A stretch of DNA of 64,000 nucleotides from the NCBI RefSeq assembly GCF_964213995.1, contig NW_027590119.1, positions 2,232,001 to 2,296,000 on the forward strand, written 5' to 3'. Both the position numbers and the translations under genes were made by a program. The notes under the pieces are model-generated. The model did not search any database and had not been told where the DNA came from. It saw only the letters and a program-made list of their open reading frames with translations. Positions 39,581 through 50,402 of the stretch are shown here, one piece after another; the stretch's first letter is position 1; each line of letters starts with the position of its first letter. Source of the stretch: Mustelus asterias (taxonomy: Eukaryota).

Positions 39581-40194
39581 CCGCCCCCCCCCCGTCCCGA
39601 CCCCCCCCCCCCACCCCCCCCCCCCCCCCCCCCCCCGACCCCGGTGGCATTTGAATGAGGGTGGGATCAAAGGGCCCGAGTAAAACTAGTCAATAAGAAT
39701 CGGCGGGAAATTCTTCTCTGTTTGGAGTCATACTTTGCACAAAGCAACACGGTATTGGTGGTTGGAGGTCAAACATCTAGGTTCAGATTTCACTGCAGGA
39801 TTTCGGCAGGGGAGTGTTCTGGGACTAACAATCTTCGACTGCTTCAACAGTGACATTCCCTCCAACATGAGGTCAGAAGTAGGAATTTCCATGTGCTACA
39901 CCGGACAAAAACACCCAAAAAATAAGAAGGGAATTGGCTGAGACCAAGGCCGCCTGGCTCCCCAATACTGGTGTAAACTTGGTGTTTGATTCCTGTGCGA
40001 CCCATCCTAGTTTTGCTGTCAGCTTCCCTGCAGCTCCCTCAGTCTGACTATTTGTTCACTGGTACGTGTTTCTTAAAGAAAGACACCGACATTAAAGCAG
40101 CTGCCCGGTGATTTACACATCCCTGTTACTGAAAGCTGATCAATGTGGAGAATCGGGAAAAGATCGATGGAGAGGAAGAGGTGGAGGTGGCCCA

Positions 40195-41590
40195 CTGACT
40201 CTCTCACCCTCACCCACACTTCCTCACTCACCCTCAATCTCTCATCCTCACTCAAAGAACTTGACTCACTCACCCTCACTTACCCACCTTCCCTCGCTGA
40301 CACACTCTCACTCATTCATCCCCACTCACAAATCCCAACTCACTCATCCCAACTCACTCATCCCAACTCACTCACCTTTGCTCACTCATCCACCCTCACA
40401 CACTCAATTTCACACACTCAATCTCATACACTCAACTTCACACACTCAATTTCACGCACTCAACCTCAGAAACTCACTGATCCTCATTCACCCTGAGTCA
40501 CTCACCCTCACACCCTCACTCACTCAAAATCACTCACACACATTCGCTCTCTCACTCTCACCCATCCTCACTCACTCACCCTCATTCACTCACATTCACA
40601 CCCTCATTCACTCACCAGCACTCACTCACTCACACTCACTCGCCCTCACACACCCTCATTCACTCACTGTCACTCAGTCACCCACACTCACGCTATCACT
40701 CACTCAACCTCACTCACTAACCCTCAGTCACTCACTCAGAGCCTCAGTCACTCACCAACACTCATAGTCACCTTCGTTCACTCATCCCACTAACCCATCC
40801 TCACTCACCCAGTCTCACTCACTCTCACTCACTCAGTCCACTTATCCACCCTCACTTATCCAGTCTCACTCACTCTCACTCACCCTCACTCACCCCACTT
40901 ACCCACCTTCACTCATCCAGTCTCAATCACTCTCACTCACTCGCCGCACTTACCCTCCCTCACTCATCCAGTCTCAATCACTCTCACTCACCCTCACTCA
41001 CTCTCCCCACTTACCCACCCTCACTCACCCAGACGCACCCCCACACACTCAAGCTCAATTACCCTCTCCCTCTCACGTACGCCACCTGACCCATTCAAAC
41101 TCACTGAGACTCACGCACCTACATTCACTCACACACCCTCACATATTCACCATCACTCACGTTCACCCACCCTAACTCACAGATCCTCAATCACTCATCC
41201 TCAGTCAAACACCTTTACTCACTCACCTTCACTCATCCACACATCTGCATTCATTCTCCCTCACACACTCTCACACACCACCCTCAATAACACACCCTGA
41301 CTCACTCATTCTCTCACCCTCACTTACTAAGTCACATTCACTCCTCACCCTCATTCACTCGCTCTCACTCACCCACCTTCACTAACCTTCACGCATCCTC
41401 ACTCACTCACCCTCATTCATTCTCTCTTACCGACACTCACTCACTCACCCTCAATCACTCATCCTCACTGAAAGAACTTCACTCACTCACCCTCACTTAC
41501 CCACCTTCCGTCACTCACACACCATCACTCATCCACTCTCACTCCTTCAATCGCTCACCCTCACGCACTCACATTCTCTCACTCACACTC
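40195..41590 (+). repeat. (CTCA/CCCTCA)n degenerate tandem repeat
   Basis: ~1.4 kb of cactcactcaccctca variants; top strand nearly devoid of G. Confidence 0.9.
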
Positions 41591-41727
41591 GCTAAACCTG
41601 TGTGTGGAGGTCTGCAACGAGAGAGAAGAAAGATCTCAAGCGGCAGTTAGTTTGGTGTTCAAATGTGGGAGCTGCCCTGCGAATGTGGAGAGCTGGGGGG
41701 AATCCCTGGGGGCTCAGGGCCAAGGAC

Positions 41728-42332
41728 AATGGCAAAGAGCCGTGGAGAACAGGAGGCGTGGTAAAGGGCAGAGAGCCGGGGGGGAAGGGCAGAGAGCCTG
41801 GGGAATGGGCCCACAGCCGGGCAACAGGGCTGAGAGCCGGGAAAGGGCAGAGAGTCAGGAGAAAGCGCAGAGAGCCAGAAGAAAGGGCAGAGAGCTAATA
41901 GAAAGGGCAGGGAGCCAGGTGAAAGGGCAGAGAACCAGGAGAAAGGACAGAGAGACCAGGGAAAGAGGAGAGAGCCAGGATAAAGGGCAGGGAGGCCGGG
42001 GAAAGGACAGAGAGCCGAGGAAAAGGACAAGAGAGCCCAGAGGAAAGGGCAGAGAGTCAAGGGGAAAGGCAGAGAGTCAGGGGGAAAGGGCAGAGAGCCA
42101 GGGGAAAGGGGAAAGTGGATAGGGAGCAGGGACACCGGGCAAAGAGCCGGGGGAAAGGGTAGGGAGCTGAGGGAAAGGGCAGGGAGCCGGGGGAGAGGGG
42201 ACAGAGCTGGAGGGAAGTGTAGAGAGCCAGGTGGAAGTGCGGAGAGCCGGGTGAAAGGGGAAAAGAGCCACAGGGAATAGCAGAGAGCCAGGGGAAAGCG
42301 CAGAGAGTCGGGGAAAATGGGCAGAGAGTGGG
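41728..42332 (+). repeat. Purine/G-rich ~20-bp tandem array (consensus ~GGGAAAGGGCAGAGAGCCAG)
   Basis: Roughly 30 degenerate units such as gaaagggcagagagccag and ggaaagggcagagagtcag. Confidence 0.9.
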
Positions 42333-42651
42333 TGATCGACGGGCGGAGTGAGGATGTGCAAAATAGACCTAGCACCACAACCAGATCATCTGTAATCTCA
42401 GTGAATAATGGAGGAGACTTCAGGGCCCGAATGGCCAACTCTTGCTATTAATGTCTGACCCTTCAATTAGTCAATGTTGCAATTATTTGAATTTGTAATC
42501 ACATTGAGAGTTTCCTGGTCATTCAGTAAGTATTCATTCCGAAGGTAGTTTTGAAGCAAAGTCACTAATCTTCGTTTTGTGGAGTGAGGGGCAGTGAGTT
42601 GGAGAGAGGAAGGGGCATCAGTTAGTTTGAACACAGGCAATAGCCAAAACT

Positions 42652-42776
42652 ACAATGTGGATATGCCGACGCTAGGTTGGGGTGGGCACAGTAAGGAGTC
42701 TCACAACACCAGGTTAAAGTACAACAGGCTTATTTGGAATCGTGAGCTTTTGGAGCTCTTTCATCAGGTGAGTGGC
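42652..42776 (-). mobile_element. Penelope-like terminal fragment
   Basis: gtaaggagtctcacaacaccaggttaaagt matches 24263-24292. Degenerate hammerhead on the - strand. Confidence 0.7.
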
Positions 42777-43306
42777 TGATATGAATGAAGAGACAACTTC
42801 TTCATCACAAAGTGCTGTTGTTTGAGAAATAGCTCGTGCCTGAAGTAATGGAGAAACTCTTTACACTTCTCTGTTAATCTAATGAATGGTATGTCATTAC
42901 AATGACATCAAAATGTTTTTGTCTTTCCAACCTGATAGAGGTCGAGACAGTGATGTGAGTTTCTACAAAGATGGCGATTCTCAAATGATAGGAGTAACAG
43001 AATCTGAAAGGTGTATGTAGGTCTTAATCGGGAAATATTAAGTTAAGTTCATAATTCGAGACAAATCGTGATGTAGAAACATAGAAAATAGAAGCAGGAG
43101 TAGGCCATTCGGCCCTTTGACCCTGCTCTACCATTCACTTTGATCACAGCTCATCAATATCCTGACCCCGTCTACTACCCATATCCATTCATCCCTTTAG
43201 CCCCAAGAGCTATCCCTAATATCGAAACTTACTTGTATAAATATGTTTGACAAATTAATAAACGCAGATAAGAGTCTAACTTGTTTAATCGACTATTCTT
43301 TCCCAG

Positions 43307-43606
43307 CGACACCGTCTCCGCCCACTCTCTACAGCCTGATCTCCTCCTGTCAGCAACACAACACCGGCGGCTCCGTCACCTATGGCTGTCTGGCGATGGA
43401 CTACTCCCCAGAAATCACCAGTCTCACCTGGAAGAAAAATGGACAGCTGATCACCACTGGATTTAAGACTTACCCATCAGTGAGAAACACGAAGGGAACC
43501 TATACCCTGAGCAGCCAGTTAACCGTCATCCAGTCAAAGGGAAAGTGCAGCAAAATCGACTGTGAGGTTCGACACAGCGGCTCAGTCAAGAGCACTGGAA
43601 TGCAAT
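43307..43606 (+). CDS. IGHM: IgM constant exon Cmu1
   Basis: Acceptor ttcccag|. (A)[16 protein letters not shown]...[19 protein letters not shown]...YTLSSQL...CEVRH...GMQ; donor T|gtaagt; 300 nt. Confidence 0.96.
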
Positions 43607-43739
43607 GTAAGTGTTGTGGAACCTGGGCAAGACAGGGGCGCTCTGATTGAACTGTATAAGGCCTTAGTTATAACTGATCTGTAGCATTCTGAAAAATTGA
43701 ATTATGCAAAATCCAGGTAAGTGTCTCCTGACTGAAAAG

Positions 43740-44490
43740 TTGCTCAGAATCAAAGAACAACAGAAATGATACTGTGCAGAATGAGGTCATTTAGCCCATC
43801 ATGTCTGTGCTGGCCAAAAGGGAGAACAAATAAACTAGCCAGACAAGTTAAGTCTATTTTCCAGCCCTTGCTCCGTAGCATTGCAGGTTAAAGCACTTGA
43901 GATGCAGACCCAGATACCTTTTAAATGACCATGCTCCCTGGTAATTGAGCCCTCCACTTGGGGAATGAATTATTTTTGCCTACGTCCCTTATTTTTTTGT
44001 GAACCACAATTATGTCACGCCTCAGCCTCCTCTTTTCCTAAAGAGAACAAACCCTGCCTATCCAATCTCTCCTCATGGCTGCAATTTTCAGGCCCTGGCA
44101 ACATTCTTGTAAACCTCATCTCTCTCCAGAGTCATTACGTTATTCCTGCAATGTGGTGACCAGAACTGTACAGCAAACTCCAAACGTGGCCTAACTAGGT
44201 TTTATACAGCTCCATCATTGCATCACTGTTTTTGCATTCAATATCTCACATAATAGAGAAACTAATCTGATATGCTTTCTTGATCAACTTTTCCAGCTGC
44301 CCTACCATCTACAAGGACCTGTGGACGTGCACTCTAAGGTCTTGCATTTCCTCAATCCCTCTTAACATTCCAGTTTATTTCCTTGCTTTGTTTTCCCTTC
44401 CCAAATGCATTGTGTGGCACTTTTGACGGTTGAATTTCTCTGCCAATTCAACCAAACCATGGATATAATTCTCAAATCGGCAGCTATCGT
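43740..44490 (-). mobile_element. Old CR1 3' fragment in the Cmu1-Cmu2 intron
   Basis: ggtgaccagaactgtacagcaaactccaaacgtggcct resembles the reverse-strand HLEYCVQFWSP segment of other CR1 copies. Confidence 0.6.
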
Positions 44491-44565
44491 GCTAAAATAA
44501 AAGAACTAATTTTAATTGATGTCAATTGAATCTTCAAGTAACATCTGAACATTTGTTTGTTGAAG

Positions 44566-44877
44566 GCCCAATCGTTATCACCCCAACCGTTATCCTCACC
44601 GTGAGTTCCAGTGAAGAAATCACCAGCAGAAAATTTGCAACCATCGTCTGTTCAATCATTGATTTCCAGCCAAAGTCAATGACGGTGGAGTGGCTGAAGA
44701 ATGGGCAACCCATGAATTCAGGAATTGTCACCTCTCCCGCCTGTGAAGTGAATGGGAACTTCTCGGCCAGCAGTCGGTTGACAGTCTCCGCTCAGGAATG
44801 GTTCAGCAAAGCGGTCTACACCTGCCAGGTCACTCATCAAGGATTCACTCAGAGTCAGAACATCAGCGGATCTCTGG
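44566..44877 (+). CDS. IGHM: IgM constant exon Cmu2
   Basis: Acceptor ttgttgaag|. (C)[18 protein letters not shown]...[10 protein letters not shown]...EWLKNG...YTCQVTHQG...SL; donor G|gtaaga; 312 nt. Confidence 0.95.
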
Positions 44878-45790
44878 GTAAGAGACTCAAACCGAGAAAA
44901 AAATTATTCCGCTGTTAATCGAAATTAGGGATCTATTAAAGTTAATACAAAGCATAGAACAACTTCTAAGTTATTGTCATGTAGTTTGCTGCATTGGGAC
45001 AGTGCCCCATTCAGAACTTCATCACAACATCAATTTTTGTTATTCCTTCATGAGATGTGCATTTGTGGCCCATCCCGGAGGCCACTTAAGTGTCAACCAC
45101 GTTACTGTGGATCTGGAGTCACATGCATGCCAGGCCAGATAAAGACAACAGATTTACTTTTCTAAACGGCATTCGTGAACCAGGTGGGTTTTTACAACAA
45201 CGGCTTCATGATGATCATTTGACTTTTAATGATAGATTTTTACTAAATTCAAATTTCACCATCTGCAGTGGTGAGATTCGAATCTGTGTCCCCAGAGTCG
45301 TGCCCTGGGTTACAAGACAATTGGTAACACCACCATGCCACTGCCTCCCCTTGAAATAGTGTTCCCTTCCATTTTGAAGTAACAGAGTAAGCGAGCTGGT
45401 CTTGATGTCAGCTTTTTCCTGAGACAGCTGGAAAGATTTGGAGAGACAGTCGGTGTCGGACTGTTTCACAGGTCACAGCATAGGGGTAAAATATTGGGAA
45501 GTGCATCCACCCTACTTATAAACTAACTGCCAGTACTTGGTTCCTGAGTTCAGGAATGGTATATTTGTTGGGGAATACTGCAATGTTGATTCATGAGAAT
45601 GATACCGCTGCTAAAATACTTGAACAAAAAGAGAATAATTTCACAGAGCAGGCTGGTTTTCCATCCTCCATAGAGGTTGAAAGGTGATAGAGGTTGATAT
45701 ATCGAAGGCAACTTCGTCTCCTTCAGGCTGAAGACTGCTGTCCTGCTTTTGAAGAGGGAAATAGGGTTGATTTTCATTTTTCATTCACAG

Positions 45791-46099
45791 ATCCTCCCCA
45801 GTGCCCTGATACCACAGTGACGATACAGCCACCACCAATAGAACAGGTCTTACTGGAGGCGACCGTGACCTTAACCTGCATCATTTCTAATGCTCCTTAT
45901 GGAGTCAATGTGTCCTGGATCCGAGACAGGAAGTATTTGAAATCAGAGATTGCCGAAAAGCCAGGAGCGAATCCTGACAGCGTGGTCAGCAACTTAAACA
46001 TCTCGACACAAGCCTGGCTGAGTGCGGCTGTGTTTGACTGCGTGGTGAGCCATCAGGATCTGCCGACTCCTTTAAGAAAATCCATCCACAAGGAAACAG
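45791..46099 (+). CDS. IGHM: IgM constant exon Cmu3
   Basis: Acceptor ttcacag|. (D)[29 protein letters not shown]...VSW...[14 protein letters not shown]...KET; donor G|gtgagc; 309 nt. Confidence 0.96.
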
Positions 46100-46600
46100 G
46101 TGAGCTCAGAGATTGAAGCAATAAATGTGTCACTGTGTCTATTTCCAGTGTCAGTGTACTGGTCAATATTCAGTATTCAGTGCATTAATGGTGTCCCCTG
46201 AGTGGAAACTCTACTAACTAAAAACTGGGGGTTGTAGATATTTTTACGGGGAAATTTGATGTGTTGATGAATGAAAAGTGAACTGAAGGCGATGTTATTG
46301 GGTTTAGATCGAATAACGAGGGAGGAGCCTGATGTGGAGCATAAAATCCAGAAAACCAAAAATAAAGCCGATCAGTTGGGCCGAATAGCCTGATTCTGTG
46401 CTGTAAAATTTCTGAAACTTCCCAGTCCAGCCCCCTGAGTTATTTGAGAAAATAATTGTGTTCACCTCTGCTCCAAGCTGGAAGTCAAAAATGGAAACAT
46501 TTAAAATCGAAACGAAGCACATTTTTCTGATATCTAGCCAGCAGTTTCATTATCCCCAGAATTCTCCAGTTTATTGACATTTATTGTACATTTTCTGCAG

Positions 46601-46992
46601 ATCCAAATCCGCGGGAACCGTTCGTCTCTGTCCTCCTGCCCTCGGCAGAAGAAGTCTCCGCTCAGAGATTCGTCTCCCTCAGCTGCTTAGTGAGACGTTT
46701 CTCCCCTCGAGAGATCTTCGTCAAGTGGACCGTCAACGACAAGCCGGTGAATCCTGGGAACTATAAGAACACCGAGGTGGTCGCGGAGAGCGGGAATAGC
46801 TCCTTCTTCATGTACAGCCTGTTATCCATTGCTGCAGAGGAATGGTCCAGCGGCGCTTCTTACTCCTGTGTGGTGGGACATGAAGCCATCCCCTTGAAGA
46901 TCATCAACAGAACAGTTGACAAATCCAGCGGTAAACCCAGTTTTGTGAACATTTCCCTTGCTCTGATGGACACCGTTAATTCATGTCAATGA
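46601..46992 (+). CDS. IGHM: IgM constant exon Cmu4 plus secretory tailpiece
   Basis: Acceptor ttctgcag|. (D)[18 protein letters not shown]...[14 protein letters not shown]...[11 protein letters not shown]...DKSS. Internal donor G|gtaaa at 46931 for the membrane form. Tail [20 protein letters not shown] has an N-glycosylation sequon and a penultimate Cys. Confidence 0.97.
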
Positions 46993-47019
46993 GAATCATT
47001 CGCGAACATTAAAAACTTC

Positions 47020-47034
47020 AATAAAAATAATAAA
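47020..47034 (+). terminator. Secretory-form polyadenylation signals
   Basis: AATAAA at 47020-47025 and 47029-47034, ~30 nt after the stop, followed by a T-rich tract. Confidence 0.8.
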
Positions 47035-47784
47035 ATATTTTTCCTCTAACAACAAATGAAATAGCCAAACGCTTAATTGATTGTTTTTCAGTTTTACTTC
47101 CATTAGCTATCTTTGGTTTGACCCAGATATTTTCAGGTCTCAGGTCCAAGTCTTGTTGAACCAGTGCGCCCAGCTCAGACACACCCTGTGTTAGAGACAG
47201 AGTGGAGCGCATTCATTACAGGATTCTGCAAAATATCTTCACCGACTTTCCTCCCTGAGGAAAACTCAGACAATTTCAACATTTCTGACAAACAAACACA
47301 ACATTTAGATCTCGGTGTTCCTGCTTCTCTCGTTGTCCATGCCTTTACGCATTGATGTCATATTTAAGCTGCTGCACCACACTCACTGGGAACTGGAGTG
47401 AGGGTCACACAGAAACATGGAGCAACAATCCCCCCATCAGAGAGAGGGAGAGTGAAATTGTGAACATATCGGATTCCTACTCACCCAACAAAGAGAGGGG
47501 AGGAGCAGTAGCTAACCCATGTACCACCACTTCCTCAATGAAAGCAGGAGGAATGGCATTATTTAATCCATTCACCTCCACCTCCTCAGTGGTTAGAACC
47601 ATCAGGGACATTGCTTCACCAGGTAGAGAGAGGGAAATTATGAGCTCACTCTCCTCCCTCTCCCCAAGTAGCGTGTTTGGAAGGGAACGGCTCTCTACTA
47701 TAAGGACTCAGTTGTCAACAGTACAAATTAGCTTCCGTTTACTTGCTGCAGATTTTGAAGTATCATTATCAAAGTGTCATTGAA

Positions 47785-48219
47785 GTATATAATACACATA
47801 TACTTATATATATATATACTTATATATATATATATGAATGTATACTTATATACATATATACTTATGCAACATAGTTTAAAAATGTTTCAACACTCTTGTT
47901 CCTGTTAATCATGTGCTGGCATTGATTTCCCATGATACAAATTTAAACAAATAATAGAATCCTCCCCGGTTTTCACTGTTCTGTAACTGAGGTTTCTGAG
48001 ATGCATCAATGAATTATTTCATTCGCTCTCCTGATATCACCGTGCCACTCACATAAAAGAAATTTCTACATCAAACACTGAAAATATGCTCCATTATTCA
48101 TATTGTTTGGATCACGTTCAGTTAATGATTGCCGGTTAAACTTGCAGCAACGGTTAAAAAATACACACACTGACAATACCGCACAAAACTGTCACAATTA
48201 TAAATACACACATAGGCGT

Positions 48220-48256
<37 letters not shown>

Positions 48257-48684
48257 CGCACACACAGACACATCGACACAAATGCACAAATACACATACT
48301 CACAAAATGCACACAAATGCAGAAAGACACATGTAAATACACACACAAATGCATGCACATATACAGAAATACGAACAGGCGCATTCAAATACAGACAGAA
48401 GCACACATACACAGCACATACACATGCACAAAAACACACAGATACATGCATACACACAGATACACTTTCACACACCATAGGTACATGCAATACTTACACA
48501 AACGAACACACATGCAGAGAAACAAGAATGCGCACACAAATGCACTCATGGACAACACAGGCACAAACAAAAATACACACACAAATACACCCACACAAAA
48601 ATACACCCATACATAAATACATCCGTACACAAATATACATAGGCACACACACACATTCTCTCTCTCTCTCCCCCCCCCCCCCTT

Positions 48685-48723
<39 letters not shown>

Positions 48724-49560
48724 TACATAGACTCGCGCTTGTACAAACAGGCACTAAAACAACAACATATGTTGATAATCAAATATGTATTAACGTACAC
48801 ATATACACATAAACCACACAGGTACATACACAGACACATATGTGAGTAGGTACACAGACCCAAACACAAACACATACATGCAGAGACACAATACAGACAG
48901 ATACACACGCATGCAGAGCTACATAAATACACAAGCAAATACATAGACTCAAATAAGTACATATATATATCAGCACACATTCACGCTGACAGGAATATAG
49001 ATATAAAGACGCACAATGTTATACACATTAACAAACACACATGGAAATATATATAAACAAATTAGCAGACTACATATAGATGAACAGACTGCAAAACATT
49101 TACACGCAAACATGTAGACGCAAACATTAACATGCTCATACAGAACAGAACACCATAGCACACATTACTACACATCGAAACACAAACATACATCAACACA
49201 CCGTTATAAAGAACTATCAACATGTATATACATATACTGACCTGCTAACAGACATGCACACAGACACACGGAGAAACAGACGCACACAGAAAGGGAAACA
49301 AACATTACTAGAGTGACAGAAATTAACACATAGCAATAGGCATAAACACATGTACACCCATTAAGAATGGCATTAATAAATATTCATAGACTTCATACAA
49401 TAATAGAGTCATACATACACAATGACACAAGAATAAAATACACACACAGATGCAGACACACAACTACACAAATCAACAACCATAGGCAAATGAACACGTA
49501 CATTAACACTGTTGCACACATATTAACTCAAAGCCAAAGATTAATGCACACGCACACAAA
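47785..49560. repeat. (TA)n and long (CA)-rich simple repeats in the Cmu4-TM intron
   Basis: tatatata run ~47785-47865; cacaca-rich tract ~48160-49560. Confidence 0.85.
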
Positions 49561-50125
49561 CGCAAGATCTTAAATACAAACGGGAGGCAAATGATGAATG
49601 TAACATTTAAAGGTGATTTTTTAATGCACATATCCACAGATTAACTATCCAAATGTACAATGAACAGACAAACACGTTGAGAAGCTGAATTAAGCTCATG
49701 ATCTATTTCCACCATAAAGAAGCACAGATCGGAAATTACATCCCAACTCTTAAACAACAACATTTACAGTTTATAGATCAGTAACCATCTGTGAAAACAA
49801 TCATTGATCAGTGAACGATATCAGTCATAACATTGTTCAATAAGGGATAGTGGCAAATAGTTCAAAAATGAACTGATACTCAATTAAACATCTTCAGTGT
49901 TTTCTGACATGGACTGTCCAAGGAATGTCAATAAAGATCAGGTGTGAAAATAGTTACGGAGATCGGTTACTGAATGTCCTGAATTTAACAGTAGTTATAC
50001 ATTGAAAATTGAATTCGAGATTAAATGAACAGCCTAAAAAGGAGAACGGGGAACATAAAAATAACAATAAGATCACTTGGATAAATAAAGTAATCTAATT
50101 TCAGTTCCTGGTCTCCGTCCCCTAG

Positions 50126-50253
50126 ACTCCACCGACCGCGTCTGGATTGACGACAATGAGGATGATAACAGCAACATCTGGACAACCGCTTCTACATTCA
50201 TCGTGCTGTTCTTCCTGAGCATTTTCTACAGCACTGCCGTCACTCTGGTGAAG
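50126..50253 (+). CDS. IGHM: IgM transmembrane exon TM1
   Basis: Acceptor cccctag|. (D)STDRVWIDDNEDDNSNIWTTASTFIVLFFLSIFYSTAVTLVK has an acidic spacer and the CART motif. Donor |gtgaga. Phase fits the 46931 donor. Confidence 0.96.
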
Positions 50254-50393
50254 GTGAGATGATTCAATTCACTCACATTTCAAACTGGCAGAATGGATTT
50301 GAAAACATTCTCAATGTTTCGCTGATTAAAAACTCTAACATTCATGTCCCACATCATCAACATCTGCTTCATTATTGTATCTTTCTTTTACAG

Positions 50394-50402
50394 ATCAAAT
50401 GA
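50394..50402 (+). CDS. IGHM: IgM TM2 exon coding part (IK*)
   Basis: Strong acceptor ctttcttttacag|ATCAAATGA. Candidate polyA signal AATAAA at 50856-50861. Confidence 0.85.
   Translation: MK

Noticed and set aside
37278-40767. Long His/Thr/Ser/Leu-rich ORFs (up to 259 aa)
   Set aside because: Translations of (CA)/(CT)/(CTCA) low-complexity DNA that lacks stop codons; they lie in the J-C intron.
41602-42438. 172- and 259-aa ORFs over the G-rich array
   Set aside because: Repeat-derived and compositionally biased; no domain or splice evidence.
32660-43306. Additional J or D segments in the J-C intron
   Set aside because: Isolated CACTGTG/CACAG matches (e.g. ~36514) lack a properly spaced nonamer and a WGxG frame. 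The 165-N gap could not be inspected.
47352-47783. 143-aa ORF between the secretory tail and TM1 as an extra C or tail exon
   Set aside because: No Ig-domain Cys/Trp pattern. The nearest acceptor (ttaag at ~47368) in the required phase 1 hits a stop after ~30 codons.
48103-49573. Cys/Val-rich and His/Thr-rich ORFs
   Set aside because: Translations of (CA)n/(TG)n simple repeats.
30918-50402. IgW, IgNAR, three-domain IgM or germline-joined VDJ identity
   Set aside because: Four C exons with a mu-type tailpiece, a conventional VH with full FR2/CDR2, and separate V, D, D, J with intact RSS indicate a standard rearranging IgM cluster.
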